Virus record (IMG/VR): IMGVR_UViG_3300022752_000019
Coordinates: 32,001 to 96,000 of that record
Origin: a virus
Direction: 5' to 3' (one strand)
DNA: 64,000 bases
The stretch's first letter is position 1; each line of letters begins with the position of its first letter. Shown here one piece after another: positions 38,251-46,491 of the stretch. Under the pieces are notes generated by a model that was given only the letters and a program-made list of their open reading frames with translations, was not told the DNA's origin and ran no database searches. A program made the position numbers and the translations under genes.

Positions 38251-39331
38251 TGTTCGTATCCCTGGACTGCGAGGCGAGCCGTGAGAGGAGGATCTGCTGC
38301 TCAAGAGGCATGCCCTTGAAAGTGCCTACCGGATCACGCCGGAATCGCTCAACTACGCTGTCCTCAAAGACATCTTCCAGTCCGGCGTGGCTTGCGGTGC
38401 TGCCCGAGTACCTCTTGAGCATCGACTCCGTAACGTAATCGCCTCCATGAATCCAGGAGTATTCCGCCTGTTTCTCTGTCCCGTAGACAGCCAGGACGGG
38501 GTCCGGGATGTTGTTGCCGTACCGATTCAGGAGCCCTGCCCTCTCATCCATGAGGAACAGCGTCTCCACGACATCATCGGGATCCATCGCCGCTGCCATC
38601 TTGGAAAGGCGAAGGTAGTCGCTCTGGTACTCTGGATTTGCCGTGTACTCCGCTCTCCGCGAAGCGACCTTCTCGAACCTGGGACTCAGCGTAGTCCCGC
38701 TGTAGCGGAAGATGTGATCCGGGACAACGGCGCCCACCGCACTTGCCAGCTTGACAACATCGACTGCGGCCTCATGACGATCGTAGGGATCCAGGTCGTC
38801 CCACTTGCGAATCGTCTCTGAGATCGCATCAAAGGCCGATGCCTGCTTGACCTGGTGGGCGCCAAGGGGCTGCGACATCCCCTTGCCCATCGGGCGGGCA
38901 ATCTGCGAGGGCTCGAAGGACGCAGTCTTGGCATATTGAGTGCTTGACGCGCTCTTCACCAGCACGCGACGTCCATCTCCCGGAAGGTTCTCGCCCTCGT
39001 TTGCCAGAAGGTACAGCGCGGGATGGGACTGAAGCCCGAGATCGTCAGCCGCGTTCAGTAGGTTTGCTGCGGCAACCTTGACGGCCCCGGCAGGGAGATC
39101 GTGCTCCGCGTTGAGCAGATACCACTGAGACAGGAAGGTGTTCCCGGCGTCGTGGCAGGCAAACTTCCTGTGCTCCTTGCCCTGGCTGTCGACGATGATG
39201 AGCGCAAAGTCCCGATCGTACAGGTCATCGCGCTCCTTCCAAGACGCCGTCTTGAGAAACTCAAGCCCGTCCTTCGGCCCAGAAGCGCGGAACAGATCGC
39301 AGAGGTCGTCGTGCTGGTCTACCACTGGCAT
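38237..39331 (-). CDS. KxA-rich virion protein (hypothetical)
   Basis: Likely start MPVVDQ at 39331; nine KxA motifs. Confidence 0.75.
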   Translation of the reverse strand: MPVVDQHDDLCDLFRASGPKDGLEFLKTASWKERDDLYDRDFALIIVDSQGKEHRKFACHDAGNTFLSQWYLLNAEHDLPAGAVKVAAANLLNAADDLGLQSHPALYLLANEGENLPGDGRRVLVKSASSTQYAKTASFEPSQIARPMGKGMSQPLGAHQVKQASAFDAISETIRKWDDLDPYDRHEAAVDVVKLASAVGAVVPDHIFRYSGTTLSPRFEKVASRRAEYTANPEYQSDYLRLSKMAAAMDPDDVVETLFLMDERAGLLNRYGNNIPDPVLAVYGTEKQAEYSWIHGGDYVTESMLKRYSGSTASHAGLEDVFEDSVVERFRRDPVGTFKGMPLEQQILLSRLASQSRDTNNGGY

Positions 39332-39365
39332 CTTTTTATCCCCTGAAAGGTCGAGTGCAGGTCTC

Positions 39366-39383
39366 ATTATACGCAGTCATAAG
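39366..39383. promoter_or_regulatory. Divergent promoter region: minus-strand TATAAT (39366-39371) and plus-strand GTCATAAG (39376-39383)
   Basis: Located at the switch between the structural and replication operons. Confidence 0.6.
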
Positions 39384-39414
39384 ACTTGTAGCACCCTACT
39401 GGAGGTTAGTGCAC

Positions 39415-39822
39415 ATGGGAGCTTTCTCCGATCGGTTTGACCACGAAGACAGCGGGTCATCGCGTCGCCCCGAGTGTTATGGCGACCCGGATTACTACGA
39501 TATCACGGACGAGAGATGCCGGCAGTGTCCGGTAAAGGGTACATGCCGTATCAAGGTTCAGTCATTGGAGCGAGAACAGCGGAGAGCAAGTGCGCCGACA
39601 ACAACGACGTACTCTCCGAGTACCACTCCGGGCTCCGCGTATCGTCCGTCAGTGAAGGCGAAGGTGTATGAGGAACCGGAAGCGGCGGACACATTCACAG
39701 GCGTCCTGGCCTACAACGCGGGTCTAAACGCGATCACGACGATGAGTGAAACGTTGACGGAGGCACTTGCAGGAATTCCTCGCAAGAAATACCCGTCTCT
39801 GAAGAGGAGAAAGGTGGAATGA
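39415..39822 (+). CDS. Cys-motif hypothetical protein
   Basis: SD GGAGG; CYG...CRQC...C. Confidence 0.7.
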   Translation: MGAFSDRFDHEDSGSSRRPECYGDPDYYDITDERCRQCPVKGTCRIKVQSLEREQRRASAPTTTTYSPSTTPGSAYRPSVKAKVYEEPEAADTFTGVLAYNAGLNAITTMSETLTEALAGIPRKKYPSLKRRKVE

Positions 39823-41192
39823 TCAGGCTGCCGATCTTGGAGGAAGGTAAGGCTTACCGAGGTCGGCATCTCTTTCTGCCGAAGACAAAGGTGAGCCGCG
39901 CGACGATGGAAGGGCTGCTCACTTTCGGAGACGACCCAAGCCGGGGAAGCCGAGGGCTTGTGGTCGAGCATCCGCATCACATCCAGGTGCCGAAGTACGC
40001 GCTCTCTGATGAGCAACTTGCCAAGCTCGGCTGTCCGCTTGTCGAAGAGCAGCGCGTCTACCCAAAGATCAACCTCTCCCGCAAGCCCACCTTTGATCTG
40101 CGGGACAATCAGCTCGAAGCGTGGGAGGCACTGAAGGCAGCAAAGAGGGGGATCTTGAACCTTGCCTGCGGGAAAGGCAAGACCGTCATGGGCTGGAACA
40201 AGGCTGCGCACGAGAAGGTGCCGACCCTCATCGTCAGCCCACAGCGCGCGCACCTGGACAACTGGATTGGAGAGCTTCGGCAGTTCTTTGACTACCCTGG
40301 AGAAGTCGGCTGGATTCAAGGGAAGCGGTTTGAATACGAGGCCGACATCTGTGTATCGACCGTTCAGACGTTGGCAGCACGGGCAGAGGAGGGCACTCTC
40401 CCGGCAGACTTCTACCAGCGATTCGGCCTGGTCATCTACGACGAGTGCCACATCATGGCTGCGGACTTCTTCTCGAAGGCCAGCAGCGTAGGCTCCGGCA
40501 TTCGTCTTGGGCTCACGGCAACCCCAACACGGACAGATCGTTGCGAAGGCATCTTCTACTCTCACCTGGGGCCCGTCTTCTACTCGGACATCAGTCAGGA
40601 CCTGACGCCGACGATCTTCGTCGTCGAGACTGGCGTGTTTTACAGAGAAGAAGAACAGAAGAAGATGCTGGACAAGACGGGGCAGCTAAACGTGGGGCGC
40701 TTGCACAAGACCCTTGCCGAAAACAAGGATCGCAACGCCGTCATTCAGGAAGTCATCGACGAGTGCCTCCGAAGGGGGCGAACAGTCTATGCACTCTCGC
40801 ATGGACCAGAGCACATCGAGGAGTTCCAGAAGGCCAACCCAGGCTCAACCGTGATTCACGGCGGAACGAAGTCAGAGGAGCGGCTGGGTCGCCTGAACGG
40901 CAGCAACTTGGTGTTCGCCTCCGTAGGCGTCGGAGCTGCCGCGTACAACCGCAAGGACCTGGACACCCTCATCCTGATGACGCCCTTCGCCGCGCGGTCT
41001 CACTCGGCGATCACATTCCAACAGAGCGTGGGTCGGATCCTGCGCGCGCTTCCCGGAAAGAAGGATCCATGGGTCTTTCTCATCATGGACAAGTCCGTCG
41101 ACGCATGCAAGGGGATGGTTCACTCCCTCATCCGTGAAAGTCAGCGTCGCGGATATCGTGTCATAACGAGATGGAACTGGAACGCAGTATAG
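39819..41192 (+). CDS. Superfamily 2 (DExH) helicase
   Basis: LACGKGKT, DECH, LTATP, QSVGRILR. Confidence 0.92.
   Translation: MIRLPILEEGKAYRGRHLFLPKTKVSRATMEGLLTFGDDPSRGSRGLVVEHPHHIQVPKYALSDEQLAKLGCPLVEEQRVYPKINLSRKPTFDLRDNQLEAWEALKAAKRGILNLACGKGKTVMGWNKAAHEKVPTLIVSPQRAHLDNWIGELRQFFDYPGEVGWIQGKRFEYEADICVSTVQTLAARAEEGTLPADFYQRFGLVIYDECHIMAADFFSKASSVGSGIRLGLTATPTRTDRCEGIFYSHLGPVFYSDISQDLTPTIFVVETGVFYREEEQKKMLDKTGQLNVGRLHKTLAENKDRNAVIQEVIDECLRRGRTVYALSHGPEHIEEFQKANPGSTVIHGGTKSEERLGRLNGSNLVFASVGVGAAAYNRKDLDTLILMTPFAARSHSAITFQQSVGRILRALPGKKDPWVFLIMDKSVDACKGMVHSLIRESQRRGYRVITRWNWNAV
41160..41167 (+). promoter_or_regulatory. Candidate internal promoter motif GTCATAAC
   Basis: About 35 nt upstream of the UDG start. 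Confidence 0.35.
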
Positions 41193-41200
41193 GAGATGCA

Positions 41201-41914
41201 ATGATTGGCTTCAGCGCGCTTCGCGCGCTCAATGACGAGTACAAGAAGTGCTCAAGGTGTCCGCGGCTGTGCGCAAGTCGCACTCAGCCGGTGTTCGGCA
41301 CGGGAAGCATCACGGCGGACATCGTCTATGTGGGCGGGGCCCCTGCCGCCGAGGAGGATGCGGAGGGACTTCCTTTCGTGGGACCTGCGGGCCGGATGCT
41401 TCTTCAGCTCTTTGAGAAGGTCTGGCCCACCGACGACGAGATCGACGCGATTCGGCAAGTCGACGACAACGATCTGTACTTCGACAAACTGTCCGACTAC
41501 ATGACCCAGAGAATCTTCCTCACGAACGCGGTCCTATGTCGTCCCGAGGACGACCGAGTTCCGTCTGCGACGGAACTCAAGGAGTGCCGAGATCGTCTTC
41601 ACCAGACGATCTACGCCATTGATCCCATCCTGATCATTGCCGGCGGTAAGACCGCTGCATCGCATCTGGTTGGGAAGAATGTGAACATCCTCGAGAAGCG
41701 CGGAGAGTTGATGGACATCACCATCACGTCTCCTTCGACTGACCGAGAGGTTCGATACGCCATGCTTCCGGTCCTGGACTGCGGCTTCCTTCTTCGGAAG
41801 GGAGACTCCGCACTTGTCAAGGAGAAGAAGGGGCACACATTCGATACGCTGGGCGACTTCCGCTACGCGCTCGAGATTGTTGACACACACCGCAAGTTGG
41901 TTCGGAGTCTTTGA
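41201..41914 (+). CDS. Uracil-DNA glycosylase family 4/5-like protein, degenerate active site
   Basis: CSRC..L...R...VFG.G, GGAPAAEED..G.PFVG.AG, TNAVLCRP, KECR. Confidence 0.85.
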   Translation: MIGFSALRALNDEYKKCSRCPRLCASRTQPVFGTGSITADIVYVGGAPAAEEDAEGLPFVGPAGRMLLQLFEKVWPTDDEIDAIRQVDDNDLYFDKLSDYMTQRIFLTNAVLCRPEDDRVPSATELKECRDRLHQTIYAIDPILIIAGGKTAASHLVGKNVNILEKRGELMDITITSPSTDREVRYAMLPVLDCGFLLRKGDSALVKEKKGHTFDTLGDFRYALEIVDTHRKLVRSL

Positions 41915-42336
41915 TGGAAAACACCCAGCGCCTTGTCGAGATCTCTCACCGCCTCTCCGACATCACAGAGAGCCTGAAGGCCAGCGAACCGGAGTTGTTC
42001 GAGGAGCTCGAGGCCCTTCGCACAGAGAAGGCGGGTCTGATCGAGAAGGCCAAGCTCGAGTTGCGAGAGGCCGGGGTAGGCACGCACACCATTGGCGGCT
42101 TCAAGATCAAGGTGGCCCCGGGCACCAAGAAGCGGGTCTACAACGTCGACGACATTCAGGAGTTGGCTGAGGAGCTCGGGCACACCGATCTGCTGACGAA
42201 GTACAAGGTGTTCAAGACCGAGGTGGACACCGACCAGATCGAGCGGCTTCCGCCCGAGATCAAGGTCCACTACCAGGACCTCTACACGGAGACGGTACAG
42301 AGCGCGAAGGTGACTCTGCCGAAGGAACTTCAGTGA
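41914..42336 (+). CDS. Hypothetical protein (coiled-coil N-terminus)
   Basis: Coupled ORF, high GC3. Confidence 0.7.
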   Translation: MENTQRLVEISHRLSDITESLKASEPELFEELEALRTEKAGLIEKAKLELREAGVGTHTIGGFKIKVAPGTKKRVYNVDDIQELAEELGHTDLLTKYKVFKTEVDTDQIERLPPEIKVHYQDLYTETVQSAKVTLPKELQ

Positions 42337-42653
42337 TCGACATCTCCATCTCAAGTGGAGACGACCGCAGAATCGCGTCCTTCCCCGTAACGCCGGAGAA
42401 CACGGGCATGGCACAGAACGAGTTGTCCAAGTTGATTGGGGACGGTAAGGCATCCGTCAGTTGTGCGGTATCCTTCGCGGACAAGGACTACGGCAACGGT
42501 TACGAGGTAAGGGTCTCAGTCAGCCTTGCCTGCAACCAGGATCGAGGCACGCTTGATCTCGCTGCCGCTGCTGCGCAGGAGATTGCCTCCGTTCATCTCG
42601 AGCAAGCCAAATCCATGGCAGAGGTGATGTATGGAGAACTCTCGAGGAAGTGA
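42333..42653 (+). CDS. Hypothetical protein
   Basis: 106 aa coupled ORF. Confidence 0.65.
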   Translation: MIDISISSGDDRRIASFPVTPENTGMAQNELSKLIGDGKASVSCAVSFADKDYGNGYEVRVSVSLACNQDRGTLDLAAAAAQEIASVHLEQAKSMAEVMYGELSRK

Positions 42654-42900
42654 TGTCCGCATCGACATCGTCCGCGTAGAGGTCACTCCTGCTTCCGCTG
42701 AGATCAAGGTAGCCTACCTTCTGAGCCTAAAGAACAAGGTCTTTGAGGGTGCGGTTGCCGGAGGGGAGACCCAGTTCTCGAATGAGACACTGGGTCTCCA
42801 GCTCTTAGAGCTGGTTGAGAAGATCCGGGTCCAGATCGAACAAGATCTGGGCCTGACTTCCGCATCAGAGAATTCTGTGGAAGAAGAGGACCCATTGTAA
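42631..42900 (+). CDS. Hypothetical protein
   Basis: 89 aa; SD GAGGTG; abuts DnaB. Confidence 0.6.
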   Translation: MENSRGSDVRIDIVRVEVTPASAEIKVAYLLSLKNKVFEGAVAGGETQFSNETLGLQLLELVEKIRVQIEQDLGLTSASENSVEEEDPL

Positions 42901-45545
42901 TGCCGCATCCGGAACTTGAGCTGATTAGCAACATCCTGAACTCGGGTGACTTCAACACGCCCAAGAAGAAGGGGTTGACCGCTGAGTGGTTTACACTGGA
43001 AGCTGCAAAAGACGCGTATCAGTGGCTGTGGGACGAGTACCACGACCCGCAACAGCGCGGAGAAGTGCCGACCGTTGATCGGTTCCTGCGGAAGTTCCCC
43101 AGCTTCGACTACGCGCCCAGCCGGAACTCGTTGAACGCCCTCATCACGGATGTGCGGACGTCGAAGGTCCAGGCAGACCTTCAACACATGCTGAACGAGA
43201 TGCAGGACGAGTTGGTGGATGGAGAAGATCCTTCCCTCATCCTCGACTCCTTCCTGCCGAAATTCCGGCGTATGAATGTGGAGGCGCACGAGGACGACGG
43301 CATCCTCTTGTCGTCCTCCGTTGCAATCCTAAAACAGCAGTACTCCACCCATGCCGAGTCTGGCGGTGTCGTCGGCATCCCGTACCCGTGGGAGATCTTG
43401 AACCAAAAGACCGGCGGTATGCGGGATGAGGAGTTCATTGTCATCTACGGCAGACCCGCAAACATGAAATGCGTGGTAGAGGGACAACGCATCATGATGC
43501 CCAACGGCGACATGATCCCGATTGAGGACCTTCCAGACCTCTGTACTGTCTCCTCATTCACAGATGCGACCATGAGCATGCGCTGGGCAGCAGCCCGGCG
43601 CGTGGTTAGCGGAGAAAAGGAGTGCGTTCGGGTGACGACGGAGAGCGGCCGCGTCATTGAGACAAGTACCGAGCACTACTTCATGGTCCCTGAAGGCTCC
43701 TTTGAAGGGAAGTACGACAGGATTCGAGACCTGCATGTTGGCAGTTGGATTGCTACTGCCCGCAGCGTCCCAGATTGGTCTTCGGAAAACCATGACCCTA
43801 AGCTGGGATGGCTTCTGGGCGCCCTGACGGGTGATGGGAACTACACACGAAGCGAGGTTCAATTCACCAATCACGATTCCGACGTGGTGTCCTCGCTTAG
43901 GTCCATCGCCCTCACGTACAACTGTAAGGTAAACAGTGGGAGCGTGGAGGGCGAATACCGGGTCGTGTCCTACGATACCCACAAGAACAAGATCTTGGAT
44001 CTACTCCGAGAGCTTGGGATGCACGGAAAGAAAGGGCCTGAGAAAGAAGTCCCGTCTTGGATTTTCCGATCCTCTCGTCAGACGATCGCGGCTTACTTGG
44101 GCGGTCTGTTGGACACCGATGGGACCGTTCGCAGCGCGTCTCCGTCTCGAGTCGCCTGGTACACTTCAAGCCCGAAGCTGGCCCGAGACATCCAGCATCT
44201 CTTGATGCGACTCGGCATCTCCCGGGCCGGAATCTCTGTTGATGCTGCAAAAGAGCAGCGGCAGATTTCCGTGTATGGCCCTGACCAGTACCGCATCCTG
44301 TTGAAAGTACTGGGCCCGTATTTGAGCTGCATGCGTAAGCGCACGGCACTCGAGGATCTCGCCAAAGAAACGGGAACCTCTCCAAATAACGACGGGATTC
44401 CCTGCTCTCGCAGACTGGAGGGACTGATCCTGGAGAAGAAGGGAGCACGTCTCTGGCCCCGGATGGGCAACTCGAAGCTGGATCGCTCCAAACTCTTCCG
44501 CAGGAGCGGATGCATCAGCCGCGCACTCCTCGAGAAGATGGCAACAGAATGGGGATCTGCCGAGTTGGCACTGGAGGCCCAGACACAGATTCGATGGGAG
44601 CGAATCAAGTCAATTGAACCGATTGGTAGAAAGCCCTGCTACGACGTCTGTATTCAGGACGGCCAAGATCCGAACTTCGTTGTCGAAGACTTCGTCGTTC
44701 ACAATACGTGGGCCGCGTGCGCGATTGCAGCGCATGCGTACCTTACGAACCATCGTGTGATGGTCTTCTCGAAGGAGATCTCACGCGAAGCCATGCTCAC
44801 GCGAATCTCGTCTATTCTGGGCAACGTGGACTACGACCGCCTCCGTCGCGGCTTGCTGTCCGAGGAAGACGCCGAAGAGTTCTTTGAGCTGATGGAGGAG
44901 CTTGCAGAGACCGAGGAAGACGAGAGCGTGGGTGCGCACCATCGCGCGCTCCTGTTCATGTCCGACAAGGGAAAGAAGTCGGGTAGTACCGTCGAAGACC
45001 TGATTGCGGCTGCCGAGCGGTTCCAGCCAGACCTGATCGTAGTCGACGGCTTCTACCTCATGCGCGACGGAAGGTCCGGGCAAAGAACGGCTGACTGGAA
45101 GCAGATTAGCCACATCAGCCAAGACCTCAAAGGCATGGCTCAGTTTGTTGGTTGTCCCGTCGTTGGTACGACGCAGGCCAATCGCGCGAATGCCAAAGAG
45201 CCCACTGGCGACGTTGATGACCTGTCGTTTGCGGACGGCATCGGCCAAGACGCAGACATCGCGTTCCGCGTATTCAAGGGACCAAACCCTTCGGGGAGAG
45301 GAGCCTCCCTTCTTTTTGTGTTCAGCAAGAGTAGAGAGACAGTGATTCCCCCGTTCATCATCAATGCTTCTCCCGGCTCAGACTTCAGCGTGCAGCAGGC
45401 CCATGCGAACGTGAAGGCGTTCCTTGAGTTGAAGGCGCAGATGGAGATGTCCGAGGGCGCTGACGGTGACGAGGGCGGGGGCGGCGGAGGTAAGAAGGAA
45501 GAGAAGAAAAAGCCCAAGAAGAGAGATGACCCCTTCAGAGCCTGA
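42900..45545 (+). CDS. dnaB: DnaB-like replicative helicase, intein-interrupted
   Basis: Spliced Walker A YGRPANMK|T; FSKE; IVVDG; TQANR; IGQDAD. Confidence 0.9.
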   Translation: MPHPELELISNILNSGDFNTPKKKGLTAEWFTLEAAKDAYQWLWDEYHDPQQRGEVPTVDRFLRKFPSFDYAPSRNSLNALITDVRTSKVQADLQHMLNEMQDELVDGEDPSLILDSFLPKFRRMNVEAHEDDGILLSSSVAILKQQYSTHAESGGVVGIPYPWEILNQKTGGMRDEEFIVIYGRPANMKCVVEGQRIMMPNGDMIPIEDLPDLCTVSSFTDATMSMRWAAARRVVSGEKECVRVTTESGRVIETSTEHYFMVPEGSFEGKYDRIRDLHVGSWIATARSVPDWSSENHDPKLGWLLGALTGDGNYTRSEVQFTNHDSDVVSSLRSIALTYNCKVNSGSVEGEYRVVSYDTHKNKILDLLRELGMHGKKGPEKEVPSWIFRSSRQTIAAYLGGLLDTDGTVRSASPSRVAWYTSSPKLARDIQHLLMRLGISRAGISVDAAKEQRQISVYGPDQYRILLKVLGPYLSCMRKRTALEDLAKETGTSPNNDGIPCSRRLEGLILEKKGARLWPRMGNSKLDRSKLFRRSGCISRALLEKMATEWGSAELALEAQTQIRWERIKSIEPIGRKPCYDVCIQDGQDPNFVVEDFVVHNTWAACAIAAHAYLTNHRVMVFSKEISREAMLTRISSILGNVDYDRLRRGLLSEEDAEEFFELMEELAETEEDESVGAHHRALLFMSDKGKKSGSTVEDLIAAAERFQPDLIVVDGFYLMRDGRSGQRTADWKQISHISQDLKGMAQFVGCPVVGTTQANRANAKEPTGDVDDLSFADGIGQDADIAFRVFKGPNPSGRGASLLFVFSKSRETVIPPFIINASPGSDFSVQQAHANVKAFLELKAQMEMSEGADGDEGGGGGGKKEEKKKPKKRDDPFRA
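43470..44705 (+). mobile_element. Intein with LAGLIDADG homing endonuclease (412 aa) in DnaB Walker A
   Basis: Starts CVVEG; STEH block B; LGALTGDG and LGGLLDTDG; ends CYDV...NFVVEDFVVHN|T. Confidence 0.92.
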
Positions 45546-46491
45546 CTTTCTTCCAGAGTTCCAGAAGTATGTCCCCGGACTCCGCCCAGGGTCCGGGGAC
45601 AACTTCATGGGCTTCTGTCCCATTCACGGAGAGGTGGTAGGGCAAAGCAAGCCGAGCCTGTCTGTCAACGTGAAGACGGGACTGTGGTTCTGCTTCGCAG
45701 GATGCGGCGGCGGGAACATCCGAAAGTTCCTGACGCTGCTTGGAGAAAGCAAGGCAGTTGTTGACAAGATTTCGGCTAAGAAAGTATCGACAAGTCCCGC
45801 GAAGCGAGCTAAGAAGACTGCTCCTGCGGATGAGATCCCAGAGCGGCTATTGGGCGTGTTCGACTGGTGCCCGGAGCAGCTTGTACGGGAAGGATTCCGC
45901 GAGAAGGTGCTCTTTGACAACGACGTAGGATTCGACAGGAAACTGTCGAGAATCACATTCCCTGTTCGTGATAGGACAGGGAAACTGGTCGGCATCGTAG
46001 GCAAGCAGCCGTCCAGTGAATTCGGAAAGTACAAGGTCTATACTACCGAACTTCTGGAGTATGGACTGAGAGTCCCTTCATTTTCGAAGGGAGATCACTT
46101 GTGGCGAATCGATAAGGTGGTCGAGGAGCTTCAACACGAACGCAAGCCTGTGTTCATTGTTGAGGGATTCAAGGCTGCCCTGTGGTTCTGCCAGGCGGGC
46201 ATCACGAATGTCGTTGCTCTGATGGGCAGCTACATGACGGATACCCAAAAACAGTTGGTCGAGAGTCTGAGTCCTCGGATCATCTTGTGTCTCGACAACG
46301 ACGACGCAGGGCAGTCTGGGACTCTGAAGATCGCCCAAAAACTTCAGGCTTCACGCGTTCACGTTGCCATCTTGCCGGAGGGGATTCATCAGCCCGATGA
46401 CCTCACCTCGGCGGAACTTCGTGAAGTGTGTAGCACCCCCGTAAGTATCAGTGAGGCAAGACGACAATGGCTCCTAAGACAATCCCCCTGA
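45526..46491 (+). CDS. DNA primase (Zn finger + TOPRIM)
   Basis: CPIH...WFCFAGC; IVEG; LDNDDAG. Confidence 0.88.
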   Translation: MTPSEPDFLPEFQKYVPGLRPGSGDNFMGFCPIHGEVVGQSKPSLSVNVKTGLWFCFAGCGGGNIRKFLTLLGESKAVVDKISAKKVSTSPAKRAKKTAPADEIPERLLGVFDWCPEQLVREGFREKVLFDNDVGFDRKLSRITFPVRDRTGKLVGIVGKQPSSEFGKYKVYTTELLEYGLRVPSFSKGDHLWRIDKVVEELQHERKPVFIVEGFKAALWFCQAGITNVVALMGSYMTDTQKQLVESLSPRIILCLDNDDAGQSGTLKIAQKLQASRVHVAILPEGIHQPDDLTSAELREVCSTPVSISEARRQWLLRQSP

